This document shows positions 1-8,789 of a stretch of 64,000 nucleotides of DNA, in pieces. Positions within the stretch are counted from its first letter, which is position 1, and each line of letters begins with the position of its first letter. Origin of the DNA: Escherichia phage UGJNEcP1. The stretch is taken from sequence record OV754623. One strand, given 5' to 3'. The translations under genes and the position numbers were made by a program. Under the pieces are notes generated by a model. That model did no database searches. It was not told the origin of the DNA and saw only the letters and a program-made list of their open reading frames with translations.

Positions 1-72
1 ACCAGTAGCACGTTGAGCGTGAGCGTTATCGATAAGACCTGCAAAGTATTCAATGTAATGTGAACGTGTCAT
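1..72 (-). CDS. hypothetical protein, N-terminal fragment (gene continues past window start)
   Basis: ATG at 70-72 (minus) with AGAGGAAAA Shine-Dalgarno and promoter-like element at 101-130; frame open to window edge. Confidence 0.4.
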   Translation of the reverse strand, partial: MTRSHYIEYFAGLIDNAHAQRATG

Positions 73-100
73 AATATTTTCCTCTCGTTAAGATAGATTC

Positions 101-130
101 ATTATACTCCAACCATCCTTGGTTGTAAAC
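101..130 (-). promoter_or_regulatory. early sigma70-type promoter (GTTTAC-18-TATAAT) with hairpin CAACCA/TGGTTG in spacer
   Basis: Minus-strand reading GTTTACaaccaaggatggttggagTATAAT; near-identical copy at 1121-1150. Confidence 0.6.
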
Positions 131-134
131 TGTT

Positions 135-1094
135 TTATGATTTTAATGCATTCATTGCATTAAAAAGTTTAGAATACTGCAACTGGAGATTCGTTACAAC
201 ACTTTGAGCATCACGAAGCTTAGCTTGTGCTTTGTCAAGTTCAACAGACAGTTGGTCCATAGTGGCCTTGATTTGATTGTAATGGTAATCTTCGGCCGGA
301 AGAAGGTCATTAGAAACATTTAGTTTTACTGCAGACAGTTTGCACACATTTGGCAAACCTTTAAACATTGATTTACCCGAAGTAGAATAAGCACTTAGGA
401 CTTCGGCCTGTTCAATTGGGGTCCCAGTAAGCGATGCTTCAAACGTTGCATTTTCCTTTTTAAGATTTTTATAATATTCAGAGTCTTTGTGCCACCATGG
501 CGCAGGAACCTTTTTACCAATAGATACACGAGCCTGGATAGCGATATTGCCCTTATTCTTGATAGGGTCGATAATATTAAGCTCACGAGAATAAATCGCT
601 TTAATCTGGTGGATATTATCACCTAAAACTTCCAACGCTTGGTGGAATACACGAGCAACGTTATCATTCTTAGGATTATATGTAAGAGTGAACTCGTTCT
701 CACTGATAACCATGATTTCTAACTTATCGTAAGTGTACTTAAGATGCTTCATGTTAATTGATTGAGGACGAATACGAGAAGCAATGGCCATCAGATTGTT
801 AAGGTTATTTCGGAACTGTTTAGCGAAATATTGTCCTTCACCGCCGATACAAAAATTACGAAGTTTCTGTTTGGCTAATAAACGGCTGAACTCACCATTT
901 TTAATGAACTCTTTAACGGGTGTGTTAGTAATGCATTCAAATTGAGTAAACATACGAGAATTAATCCCATAATATGAACAGATTTCCTCAATCTCTTCAG
1001 GAGTCTTTACAGGCATACGGATAGGATTAGGTCCTGGGGTATATGCGTTCGAGGTAAATTCTTTGATAAGTTCTCTACGTGTAATAAAAGCCAT
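135..1094 (-). CDS. hypothetical protein (319 aa) with C-terminal coiled-coil-like region
   Basis: Long ORF on the dominant coding strand; own upstream promoter-like repeat at 1121-1150; no family recognised. Confidence 0.6.
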   Translation of the reverse strand: MAFITRRELIKEFTSNAYTPGPNPIRMPVKTPEEIEEICSYYGINSRMFTQFECITNTPVKEFIKNGEFSRLLAKQKLRNFCIGGEGQYFAKQFRNNLNNLMAIASRIRPQSINMKHLKYTYDKLEIMVISENEFTLTYNPKNDNVARVFHQALEVLGDNIHQIKAIYSRELNIIDPIKNKGNIAIQARVSIGKKVPAPWWHKDSEYYKNLKKENATFEASLTGTPIEQAEVLSAYSTSGKSMFKGLPNVCKLSAVKLNVSNDLLPAEDYHYNQIKATMDQLSVELDKAQAKLRDAQSVVTNLQLQYSKLFNAMNALKS

Positions 1095-1120
1095 TTTATA
1101 TTCCTCATGTTGAAAAATTT

Positions 1121-1150
1121 ATTATACTCCAACCATCCTTGGTTGTACAT
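1121..1150 (-). promoter_or_regulatory. early promoter repeat copy (variant -35)
   Basis: 28-nt identity with 101-128. Confidence 0.5.
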
Positions 1151-2145
1151 CATTCCTTAAGAAGTTTTACTACTTGAATAAGATTAGCTCGTTCTGTTTT
1201 ATTTTTACCATTTAAGCCTGCTAATCGTGAGATTTCACCATCAGTCTGTTGAATAGTTACATTAAGTTCGTTAATCAAAGCTTCAAAGTATTTGATTTGC
1301 TCAGCATGTTTTGATTCAAATTTCTGAACCGGAATAACGTCTTGGTTTAGTTCATCAATAAGGTCTTTAAGAGCATCTTCTTGGTTGATATCATATTCAA
1401 CTTCTTTTATTTCTTCAACGAGCTCATCTTTATATCTAACGTCTTTTAGTCCTGGGGTCGGGCCTAAAATCTCTTCTTTAAGAGTACAAACATATCCAAT
1501 ACGATATCCAGTGCCGTCTCGCTTGATATCAACTTCGTCGATAAATCCACAATGTTTGAGGCCAGAGCCGATTAGGTCAAAATATCCTTGACGACGTCCT
1601 TCAAACGTTACACGAACTACTAAGACAGTTTTACCTGCAACCTTTTGAAGCTCACATTTATAAAAGTCAGTTGAACCTGAATAACGTGGATGAGTTTTAA
1701 AGTTCATCTGACGATCTAAGCCCATTTGTAAACGTGCTGATACGGCCAGAAAACGTGTTTGGTTCTCGTTAAGATGAGCAACAATCCATTTCAAAGGCAT
1801 TTTACCCTGTTCACGACCGAACAAATCAGTATGTCCTAGATTACGCAGGATGTTGTTAGAGTTAATCATCGACAGAACGTTAAGTTTATTCAGCGCGCTG
1901 AAGATTCCATCAGCCATTGATTTTCCGTAGCCTTTACACGCTTTAATAAGCGCTCGCGGTAGATTAGTATAGATTTCAGACGGCATATGAAAATCAAATT
2001 TACTAACCAGTAATTGATGAACTTGGATAGCAATTCGTTCATAATTAAGTGCTCTGCGATCATTATGGTCTTTAAACCACACTTTAATCTGTGAAGCACA
2101 TAAACCGTTAATTTCATGTTTTACCGCATCAGATGTAATGCTCAT
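1150..2145 (-). CDS. hypothetical protein (331 aa)
   Basis: Long ORF, compact spacing with neighbours; no family recognised. Confidence 0.6.
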   Translation of the reverse strand: MSITSDAVKHEINGLCASQIKVWFKDHNDRRALNYERIAIQVHQLLVSKFDFHMPSEIYTNLPRALIKACKGYGKSMADGIFSALNKLNVLSMINSNNILRNLGHTDLFGREQGKMPLKWIVAHLNENQTRFLAVSARLQMGLDRQMNFKTHPRYSGSTDFYKCELQKVAGKTVLVVRVTFEGRRQGYFDLIGSGLKHCGFIDEVDIKRDGTGYRIGYVCTLKEEILGPTPGLKDVRYKDELVEEIKEVEYDINQEDALKDLIDELNQDVIPVQKFESKHAEQIKYFEALINELNVTIQQTDGEISRLAGLNGKNKTERANLIQVVKLLKE

Positions 2146-2207
2146 AACTATTTCCTCAGATTGAATTGGAACTCAAAACCATTATAACCCGTCCTTGGGT
2201 AAAGCGT

Positions 2208-2735
2208 TTATGCGTGAACCGTCTTTAAACGTTCTTCAAATTTCCGAAGAGTACTAATACGTTCTGCTTTCTGTTTTGTATAGTTTGCAATACGTTCTGA
2301 AGTGAGAGCGTATCGTTCGTTTACTGATTCTTTCATGAAGTCAGGGATTTCACGAGAAGCTTTAATTTCATCAAACTTATCGAGTACTGCCTGGTCTTCA
2401 GCGATTAAATTTTCGTACATCTCGATATCTTTCTTGATAAACTCGATATCTTCCTGGGTTACTTTGGATAAACGAGATGCTTTATCCTTTTTGTACTGCT
2501 CGTTAGTTTCACGAGACCAGAATAATGTACGTTTTTTGTTAGTGTTTTTGTAGACTTCCACAATTCCAACTGAATCGATGATAACAATCCAATTCCAGCG
2601 AGATTTGAAAATCTGACCTCCGTCTACGGTAATCTCGTTACCATAAGCAACGTCATTAAAGAACTTGCTTTGTGCTTCAGATTTAAATTTACCGTCGTTA
2701 TAATTTACCAGGTTGAAAATATCTTTAGCGTTCAT
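2208..2735 (-). CDS. hypothetical protein (175 aa)
   Basis: ORF with GGAGG Shine-Dalgarno and PeSL-type promoter immediately upstream (2754-2791). Confidence 0.6.
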   Translation of the reverse strand: MNAKDIFNLVNYNDGKFKSEAQSKFFNDVAYGNEITVDGGQIFKSRWNWIVIIDSVGIVEVYKNTNKKRTLFWSRETNEQYKKDKASRLSKVTQEDIEFIKKDIEMYENLIAEDQAVLDKFDEIKASREIPDFMKESVNERYALTSERIANYTKQKAERISTLRKFEERLKTVHA

Positions 2736-2753
2736 GTTTTACCTCCAGTAGTT

Positions 2754-2791
2754 GATAGGTCTATAATAACATAATCATAGACCTTGTAAAC
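2754..2791 (-). promoter_or_regulatory. PeSL-type early promoter (GTTTAC-17-TATTAT) with stem AGGTCTAT/ATAGACCT
   Basis: Consensus hexamers and inverted repeat around the -10. Confidence 0.65.
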
Positions 2792-2793
2792 AA

Positions 2794-3081
2794 CTAAAAG
2801 AAACTTTTTTCGGTATTTTTTCCACTGAACCAAACAGACTTCGGGATTTTTTGTAATTTTTCAGATTTAAGTTTCTCTTCCTGTTCTTTCTTATATACAC
2901 CCTTGTCGTACTGGAGCATCTCTATGGCATTCTTTTGCAAATGATCTAAGGTAATTAAGGCTTTAGTTTTTCCTTTCAAGGAAGAGTCCTGGCGAACCTC
3001 CTCGCTATATTGCATTGTAGAACTAACCATACGATGAGCATAGAGTTCAACGGCGGCTTTAATTTTTTGCATAAAATCCAT
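2794..3081 (-). CDS. hypothetical protein (95 aa)
   Basis: ORF with AAGAGGA Shine-Dalgarno 7 nt upstream of ATG. Confidence 0.55.
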   Translation of the reverse strand: MDFMQKIKAAVELYAHRMVSSTMQYSEEVRQDSSLKGKTKALITLDHLQKNAIEMLQYDKGVYKKEQEEKLKSEKLQKIPKSVWFSGKNTEKSFF

Positions 3082-3219
3082 AACATATCCTCTTTGATTT
3101 GTACATCATTATTTTTAAATATTTCTATGCCCTCAGTAGGTTCCTGGTGTCCTTCTTTGAGGTAAGCCATATGATTATTCATCTTTATGGCTTTTGTTAC
3201 CTCAGAACTTCCTATAAGC

Positions 3220-4221
3220 TTATTTCAGTAAAGTTACTTCAGAGATTTCCTCCCAACCATCTTTATCAGTTGAAATAAAATCTGCTACATAAAGAGCCGT
3301 ACGTAATGATACATTGCGAAGACGAGATACGTTAGCCTTCATCCAGGACAATGCTTTATACGTTTCTGCATCCGTCAGACCACGTTTCTGCATCATGTCA
3401 GTAGATAATATTACATCTTCAACTCGAACCATAATCTCTTCATTAGAGTGTACTCCAAGATCGAGATACACTGAACGAGATACTAAAGCTTGAAGGTGTG
3501 GAGCAAGTTTAGAACCGCGTTCTAACTCTTTATCGATATCAACGTTTGTAATGAAAACGATAGTACCTTCAAACTCAAATTCTTTATCAATACCCTTATC
3601 CTCGAGATAAGATGACGCAGTGCTCCAACAAACTTTGCGTTTATCTCCGGTATCTAATGCTGCTTTAAGAAGGTTCAGGATGTCCATATCTGAGAATACG
3701 TCAACGTCATCGATTAAGAGAACGCTGTCTGCATCACGGTTGAGCCAAAGTTGTTCGTAAAGGCCAATGCCAGAGATTTTACCATTAATGCTTTTGTATT
3801 TGATGAAACCATTATCATTAGCATTATTAAGTGCTTTATCCAGAGAATACGTCTTACCAATACCAGCTGCACCTGAAATAATGAGTGAACGAATTTTGCC
3901 ATCGATAATGCCATTCGTCATCATGTTCATTACTTTAAAGCGTTTGTTGATACGAGTTTTCATATCTTCAGTGCTTTCAACAACTGCAACCGGTGATGTC
4001 TCAACTCCTTCCATTACGATGTCTGATTTGAAGACCCATACTCCACGTTCAGAACCATCAATCATAACGAAAATTTTACCATCACCTAAGTGGGAACATT
4101 CAGGATTAAGCTTTGCTGGGAACCAGGTCTTTGTGGCGACATAAGAACCAGAGATTTCGTTATTACGATAGATACCTTTTTTGATTTGAACGTTGAACAT
4201 TTTATTCTCCAATTTACTCAT
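3220..4221 (-). CDS. P-loop NTPase (Walker A GAAGIGKT, Walker B VLLIDDVD), AAA-like
   Basis: Walker A and B motifs read directly from the translation; promoter 4230-4267 upstream. Confidence 0.6.
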   Translation of the reverse strand: MSKLENKMFNVQIKKGIYRNNEISGSYVATKTWFPAKLNPECSHLGDGKIFVMIDGSERGVWVFKSDIVMEGVETSPVAVVESTEDMKTRINKRFKVMNMMTNGIIDGKIRSLIISGAAGIGKTYSLDKALNNANDNGFIKYKSINGKISGIGLYEQLWLNRDADSVLLIDDVDVFSDMDILNLLKAALDTGDKRKVCWSTASSYLEDKGIDKEFEFEGTIVFITNVDIDKELERGSKLAPHLQALVSRSVYLDLGVHSNEEIMVRVEDVILSTDMMQKRGLTDAETYKALSWMKANVSRLRNVSLRTALYVADFISTDKDGWEEISEVTLLK

Positions 4222-4229
4222 TTCGTTTC

Positions 4230-4267
4230 GATAGGTCTATAATAACATATCCTAAAAGCATGTACAC
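4230..4267 (-). promoter_or_regulatory. PeSL-type early promoter (variant -35)
   Basis: gataggtctataataacat... cassette shared with other copies. Confidence 0.5.
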
Positions 4268-4280
4268 TACTTTTTAAAAA

Positions 4281-4314
4281 TATTTTAACCCCCTAAAGGG
4301 ACCCGAAGGTCCCC
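4281..4314 (-). terminator. hairpin terminator (GGGACC-TTCG-GGTCCC)
   Basis: GC stem-loop downstream of 4319..4585; related copy at 22835-22858. Confidence 0.45.
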
Positions 4315-4318
4315 ACAT

Positions 4319-4585
4319 TTACTTATCGCACTTAGCAACATAATTAGGCATATCACAGAATACGGAGCGAGTAACTACTCGGCCCTTTGACCATGCTTCA
4401 GTTGCTTGTCCGGCCGTGCTATTAATATAGCTTGATTTAATGTTCTCAATACCCTGAGAATGTGATGCATTTACCGAACCATTGGAAGGCCCGGAAGACT
4501 GGTTACCACCATCTCCTGCACCTGTGTTAGCACCAACAGAGAATGCCATCATTACTGCGAATAAACCAATTACTAATTTTTTCAT
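4319..4585 (-). CDS. small secreted protein (88 aa, N-terminal signal peptide, C-terminal Cys pair)
   Basis: MKKLVIGLFAVMMAFSVGA hydrophobic leader; followed by hairpin terminator. Confidence 0.55.
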   Translation of the reverse strand: MKKLVIGLFAVMMAFSVGANTGAGDGGNQSSGPSNGSVNASHSQGIENIKSSYINSTAGQATEAWSKGRVVTRSVFCDMPNYVAKCDK

Positions 4586-4617
4586 ATTTACCTCAAGTTA
4601 AGGGGTTATTTATCTAC

Positions 4618-5607
4618 TTATTTATAGTAAGAATTATGATTTTCGAGATAGACTTGTTCAAGGAAGTCATCCCAGAAACTCATATCTACTTTTTGTTGCA
4701 TACCGTTCTTGGCAGCTTGTTCTGACGCATGTTCAACTTGGACAACGATATCTTCTAGGAATTCTTGTACAGTTTTAAACGTATGTTTACCAAGCTTAAC
4801 ATTGAGAATAAATGGAGCATCCTGAAGTGGGTAAACCAGGTCGCCGGTTTTGTAAATTTCCAATAATTGAAGTCCACCACGACATGCATGACTCAATGCT
4901 TTCCAGTCAATACCTTCGTTGGCTTCTGCCTTACGAGCACGTTCGCCATAGTTCTCTTCTAGTTTAACCAGGATGGCATTAAACTCTTTATTGGTTAACG
5001 TGTCTTGGAATTTACGGTCTAACAGATTATAGAATGTTTGCTTACCTGTTTTCTCGTTTTCGGTTTCAACCCATGAAGCAAATTCACCTACAGGCAGAAC
5101 ATTCTTCATATGTGATAAACGAATTACTGCACCGTTATCAAAGTATTGTCCCCATTCATTAGAACGTTTAAGGGCTTGACGAAGAACAGCCAGTCGAGAA
5201 CCCTTGACACCGTATTTAGAAGCTTGCTTACGGACATACCCTAAATAAGATTTCATGTTAGTGGTATAGAAACGAGACCTGTTATCTTGAATATACTTCC
5301 ATACATCAGGCAAATCAGATTTAACTACTAGACTTGGTGGAGTGTGAAGCATATCTAATGCGACGGTTTCACCATCTGCAGCTAGTTTAAAGAAATATTT
5401 GAGACTATACAACTCGTGGTCCACGTCGTCTTTTGTGTTCTTAGAAGATGTGTTATTCGTATTCTTGCTCATGTGTTCTTTAACGTTACCGGTCAAGATA
5501 TCACGAGCATGAGGGACATAAATTTCTTTAAAATCGACGTCAGATTCAGGAGTAGACGTTCCATAAAGGTGGCTACCAAAGTAGCCTTTCATAATTGTTT
5601 TCATCAT
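4618..5607 (-). CDS. predicted nucleotidyltransferase (pol-beta superfamily-like GS...D.D motif)
   Basis: N-terminal GSHLYGTSTPESDVDF matches the GS-x(9-13)-D-x-D nucleotidyltransferase signature. Confidence 0.55.
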   Translation of the reverse strand: MMKTIMKGYFGSHLYGTSTPESDVDFKEIYVPHARDILTGNVKEHMSKNTNNTSSKNTKDDVDHELYSLKYFFKLAADGETVALDMLHTPPSLVVKSDLPDVWKYIQDNRSRFYTTNMKSYLGYVRKQASKYGVKGSRLAVLRQALKRSNEWGQYFDNGAVIRLSHMKNVLPVGEFASWVETENEKTGKQTFYNLLDRKFQDTLTNKEFNAILVKLEENYGERARKAEANEGIDWKALSHACRGGLQLLEIYKTGDLVYPLQDAPFILNVKLGKHTFKTVQEFLEDIVVQVEHASEQAAKNGMQQKVDMSFWDDFLEQVYLENHNSYYK

Positions 5608-6077
5608 TTAGCCTTATATTCAAGAGTAGGACAGACTTTTTCTTTACGAGCTTTAAGGTATTCACCTATTAATGATTTCTTACGTTCAATAGGCTCAAGT
5701 CCATTTTTAATTCGTTCTTGGTTTTGTGCAATGAGCTCAATTTCTTTATAATATTTTCTGTCGTTATATTTGTCTAACAACCAAGACGGACCAATCACCA
5801 ACCCGGTAGCAATAAAAGCCATGACTGCTACCATTAAAATGCCTACACCAATTGAAGCTGGAACTAATGTCCATAGACTGCTAAAAACAAAGAATCTAGT
5901 TAAAATTTCCTGGCCAATGATTGTGACTGCTGCTAAAATCGCAAATCCAATAATTGAAGCAGCCAATACCGGGATTAACGTTTTCCAAAAATAAGCACAC
6001 AACGTTTTCGGACGATTCCATGTACTATTGAACGCGGCATAAATTTTAAAGTGCCAAGAGTTTTCATTGATAATCAT
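5604..6077 (-). CDS. multi-pass membrane protein (157 aa)
   Basis: Several hydrophobic helices; ATGA-type overlap with downstream nucleotidyltransferase gene. Confidence 0.55.
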   Translation of the reverse strand: MIINENSWHFKIYAAFNSTWNRPKTLCAYFWKTLIPVLAASIIGFAILAAVTIIGQEILTRFFVFSSLWTLVPASIGVGILMVAVMAFIATGLVIGPSWLLDKYNDRKYYKEIELIAQNQERIKNGLEPIERKKSLIGEYLKARKEKVCPTLEYKAK

Positions 6078-6086
6078 AATAATTCC

Positions 6087-6617
6087 TTATTTCAAAGTCG
6101 GGATAATAGAATCGAGATAAGCTTTAAGAGCAACTGCTTCATCTTTGTCTAATGTAATGATATGTTGACGAAGGTCGTCAATTTGGCGAATAACTACAAC
6201 ATCGCCGTCTTCATAAGAAGGATTAACGCTCAGGACTGTTGTATGGTCAGGGTTGTCCTGATTTGTAATAAAAGCATTACGACATTTAGCCCATTGAAGT
6301 TTGGCCTTTTTAGCTGTTTCAGATTCCATGAATTCTTTCACTTTAGTGACGAATGTTTTCCAATTATTAATAGAAAAACATTCGTCTTCTGTTTCGATAT
6401 TAACCCCACTATAAAGTCCGTGATAAAAACGAACTTGAAGGACTTCATCAATGTTAATTACAGATGCATGGCCTGGTGGATTGAGTTTCAAAATCTTGTC
6501 CAGTTCCATAGGAAGAATAGTAATAGCATCATCTTCTTGCGTCAGAACGTAAGCATAACCGCGTTTTTCAATACATAAATCACCAAACAATTCAGTTGTT
6601 TCAATTACAGTTTTCAT
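6087..6617 (-). CDS. hypothetical protein (~176 aa)
   Basis: Track ORF begins with TTG; first ATG at 6615-6617 (MKTVIETT) taken as start. Confidence 0.55.
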   Translation of the reverse strand: MKTVIETTELFGDLCIEKRGYAYVLTQEDDAITILPMELDKILKLNPPGHASVINIDEVLQVRFYHGLYSGVNIETEDECFSINNWKTFVTKVKEFMESETAKKAKLQWAKCRNAFITNQDNPDHTTVLSVNPSYEDGDVVVIRQIDDLRQHIITLDKDEAVALKAYLDSIIPTLK

Positions 6618-6618
6618 A

Positions 6619-6798
6619 TTATTCACCAATTAAAGTTTCAACAAAATTCACCAAAGCATTCTGGCAAGCGTCAACCTGATTTTCATAAAAGTCTCCGTTA
6701 TCATTTACCGCATTATAAGCTACATCATTCAAATCTGAATCGGCTTCACGTAAGTCACGGATAAGGTCCATCAATTTATTAGCTTGTTCACGGGTCAT
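6619..6798 (-). CDS. small hypothetical protein (59 aa), below the 60-aa ORF-track cutoff
   Basis: ATG overlapping the upstream stop (ATGA); acidic helical peptide MTREQANKLMDLIRDLREADSDL... Confidence 0.4.
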   Translation of the reverse strand: MTREQANKLMDLIRDLREADSDLNDVAYNAVNDNGDFYENQVDACQNALVNFVETLIGE

Positions 6799-6905
6799 TT
6801 TACCATACTCGTTTCAATAAGATTCACTATGCCGTTTACCATGTTATAAGTAAACATCGGATAATTGTATTGTACTACAACATAAGCGATAAGCAAAAGT
6901 TTCAT
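6795..6905 (-). CDS. small hydrophobic peptide (36 aa)
   Basis: ATG with GGAGAA Shine-Dalgarno just downstream of promoter 6925-6963; MKLLLIAYVVVQY...; ATGA overlap with next ORF. Confidence 0.35.
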   Translation of the reverse strand: MKLLLIAYVVVQYNYPMFTYNMVNGIVNLIETSMVK

Positions 6906-6924
6906 TTTGTTCTCCGTTTGTTTT

Positions 6925-6963
6925 GATAGGACTACTATAACATAGTCCTACCAAGATGTAAAC
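6925..6963 (-). promoter_or_regulatory. PeSL-type early promoter
   Basis: gataggactactataacatagtcctac cassette + GTTTAC. Confidence 0.6.
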
Positions 6964-7199
6964 TACCGATTGTGTTTTAAATGTTGATAAAGCTCTTCAA
7001 CTTGTTTAGGGTCCAAAACAATTAAGTCATTTTCTTGACGAAGATAAATCCATCCCTTATCCCCAGGGCCATTTTTACAAAACATCACCGTCGTCATATC
7101 GTCATCTTCAGCGCTTTCAGGTAAAAGTTCAAGTACACCGTCTTCAGATTTTCCAGTATAATCGTAAAGCATAATATCCTCACATAATCTCGTTAACAT
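6963..7199 (-). CDS. hypothetical protein (78 aa)
   Basis: ORF on coding strand, overlaps upstream gene end. Confidence 0.5.
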   Translation of the reverse strand: MLTRLCEDIMLYDYTGKSEDGVLELLPESAEDDDMTTVMFCKNGPGDKGWIYLRQENDLIVLDPKQVEELYQHLKHNR

Positions 7200-7359
7200 A
7201 CATTTGCAATTCGGTGTGGGCGTCAGCCATCTTTTTCATAGCTCTGTTAATGTCGATGTCTCCATCTTCGCAACCATGAGCATTTTCCCAATCAGATACC
7301 GCATTAGCGTACTCTTCAATCAAAAACATTAACTTAGAAATTTTTTCTTTACGTGTCAT
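7180..7359 (-). CDS. hypothetical small protein (~59 aa; start moved to MTRKEK)
   Basis: Promoter 7377-7416 lies inside the longer track ORF; GAGGAG Shine-Dalgarno precedes ATG at 7357-7359. Confidence 0.45.
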   Translation of the reverse strand: MTRKEKISKLMFLIEEYANAVSDWENAHGCEDGDIDINRAMKKMADAHTELQMYVNEIM

Positions 7360-7376
7360 AACGTTCTCCTCTAGTA

Positions 7377-7416
7377 AGTAAGGACTACTATAACACAACC
7401 TGAGGAGAAGTAAACT
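7377..7416 (-). promoter_or_regulatory. PeSL-type early promoter with SD-complementary spacer
   Basis: GTTTAC...TTATAGT; spacer CTCCTC complementary to downstream GAGGAG Shine-Dalgarno. Confidence 0.6.
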
Positions 7417-7426
7417 GCTAAATGCC

Positions 7427-7454
7427 AAAAAGCCCCAACCATAAGGAAGGGGCT
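7427..7454 (-). terminator. rho-independent terminator after rI
   Basis: AGCCCC...GGGGCT stem followed by TTTTTGG on minus strand. Confidence 0.6.
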
Positions 7455-7460
7455 AGTAAA

Positions 7461-7763
7461 TTAGATAGATGTAGGCTCTAATTTTATTTTCATGAACTCA
7501 GCAAATTGTCTGGCAGTTTTTATGCCTTGTTCATGACATTCAAATGCATCATCACAGGGGCTATTTTTGTAATGCTTTGCCATATACTTATAGAATTTTT
7601 CAGAATTCTCGACATTTTGAATTTCAAACAAAGTATATACGTTTTTAATCCCTGATTCCATAAAGTTATCAAAATATGGGTCGATATATGCAGTACCAAC
7701 GATAGGAGTTGTTGCTGCAAAAAACCCCAGCATCGCTATGACAGCTATCGCTCTTAAGGCCAT
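7461..7763 (-). CDS. rI: lysis-inhibition regulator rI (antiholin)
   Basis: N-terminal membrane anchor plus DPYFDNFMESGIKNVY and CDDAFEC segments matching T4 RI as recalled; sits next to tk as in T4. Confidence 0.8.
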   Translation of the reverse strand: MALRAIAVIAMLGFFAATTPIVGTAYIDPYFDNFMESGIKNVYTLFEIQNVENSEKFYKYMAKHYKNSPCDDAFECHEQGIKTARQFAEFMKIKLEPTSI

Positions 7764-7775
7764 ATAGGCCTCCTG

Positions 7776-7988
7776 TTAATTTTGGCCAGTATTTATTTTT
7801 CGCCTTTGGACGGCCTTAACATCTGTGAGGTATTTTTCCAGCTTGCGCTTGCGTGTATAATCAGCTTTAGAACCAGTTTGACGGATATCCTCGTTTAAAT
7901 GAGAAATAGAATGTCCTAATTCTCTTCGGATTTCATCCAATTGGGTTACAGTAAGATTACGAAGTTGTCTTTCGTTTAATTGCTGCAT
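7776..7988 (-). CDS. hypothetical protein (70 aa), rI-adjacent
   Basis: ORF between tk and rI. Confidence 0.5.
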   Translation of the reverse strand: MQQLNERQLRNLTVTQLDEIRRELGHSISHLNEDIRQTGSKADYTRKRKLEKYLTDVKAVQRRKINTGQN

Positions 7989-8015
7989 ATATACCTCTTG
8001 GTTAGATATTAGTAT

Positions 8016-8597
8016 TTATAACAACCCTGTCAAATCATTCCAATGCTTCCGGCATAATGACACATATCTATCGGTATCACCAATTTCAATTTGACTGCCA
8101 TCTGTAATTGGAAGTCCGTCTTCCGTGACTCTAGCTACCATTGTGGCCTTTTTACCACAATGACAGACACCTTTAAGTTCAACAAGCTTATCGGCGATAG
8201 CCATTAATGCTTGAGAACCTTCAAATAGATTACCTTTAAAATCTGTTCGTAGTCCATATGCCATTACCGGCACATTGTATACGTCAACAATACGACTAAG
8301 TTGATACACCTTTTCAGTAGTTAAGAACTGAGCTTCGTCAACAAATACACAGTGAATATCCTTTTGTGCTGCAGCCCATTTATAGAATTCAAAGATATCC
8401 ATGTCTTTTGTAATTATATTGGCATCCTGACGAATACCAATACGAGAGACTATTTCACCTTTTGAATCACGAGTATCAATAGCCGGTTTAAGAACTAATA
8501 CACCCATGCCACGTTCTTTATAGTTATGTGCGGCAGTAAGTAATGAAGCAGACTTACCAGCGTTCATAGCGGCATAGGTAAAAATTAAACTAGCCAT
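8016..8597 (-). CDS. tk: thymidine kinase
   Basis: P-loop AMNAGKS, 193 aa, C-terminal Zn-ribbon Cys pairs (CHCGKK...C); strong recalled identity to T4 Tk. Confidence 0.9.
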   Translation of the reverse strand: MASLIFTYAAMNAGKSASLLTAAHNYKERGMGVLVLKPAIDTRDSKGEIVSRIGIRQDANIITKDMDIFEFYKWAAAQKDIHCVFVDEAQFLTTEKVYQLSRIVDVYNVPVMAYGLRTDFKGNLFEGSQALMAIADKLVELKGVCHCGKKATMVARVTEDGLPITDGSQIEIGDTDRYVSLCRKHWNDLTGLL

Positions 8598-8606
8598 AAG
8601 AGTCCC

Positions 8607-8789
8607 TTATAGTGAATTCACGTAGTCAATGAGTTCTTGTTCTTTCCTGTCAAATGATTCCATCAATGCTTGATATTCTTCATCTGTTAAAGGAGCATAT
8701 TCATCGTACGCATTGGTGGCTGCTTGCTCATCCAATAGGTCATGGATAAGTTCGAACAGTTTAGTTTTCTCTTCTTTAGTCAATTTCAT
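8607..8789 (-). CDS. hypothetical protein (60 aa)
   Basis: Small acidic ORF; ATGA overlap. Confidence 0.45.
   Translation of the reverse strand: MKLTKEEKTKLFELIHDLLDEQAATNAYDEYAPLTDEEYQALMESFDRKEQELIDYVNSL

Noticed and set aside
395-622. Short plus- or minus-strand track ORFs nested inside or antisense to long genes (for example 395..622, 1385..1591, 1890..2117, 2302..2553, 3714..3914, 3767..4144, and the many 60-110 aa ORFs antisense to genes 5-24)
   Set aside because: They overlap longer ORFs that have recognisable homology or fit the compact same-strand gene packing, show no ribosome-binding sites, and have the low-complexity look of shadow frames.
2976-3182. Track ORF 2976..3182 (68 aa)
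   Set aside because: Its 3' 105 nt overlap the better-supported 2794..3081 gene, which has a strong Shine-Dalgarno; likely a spurious extension.
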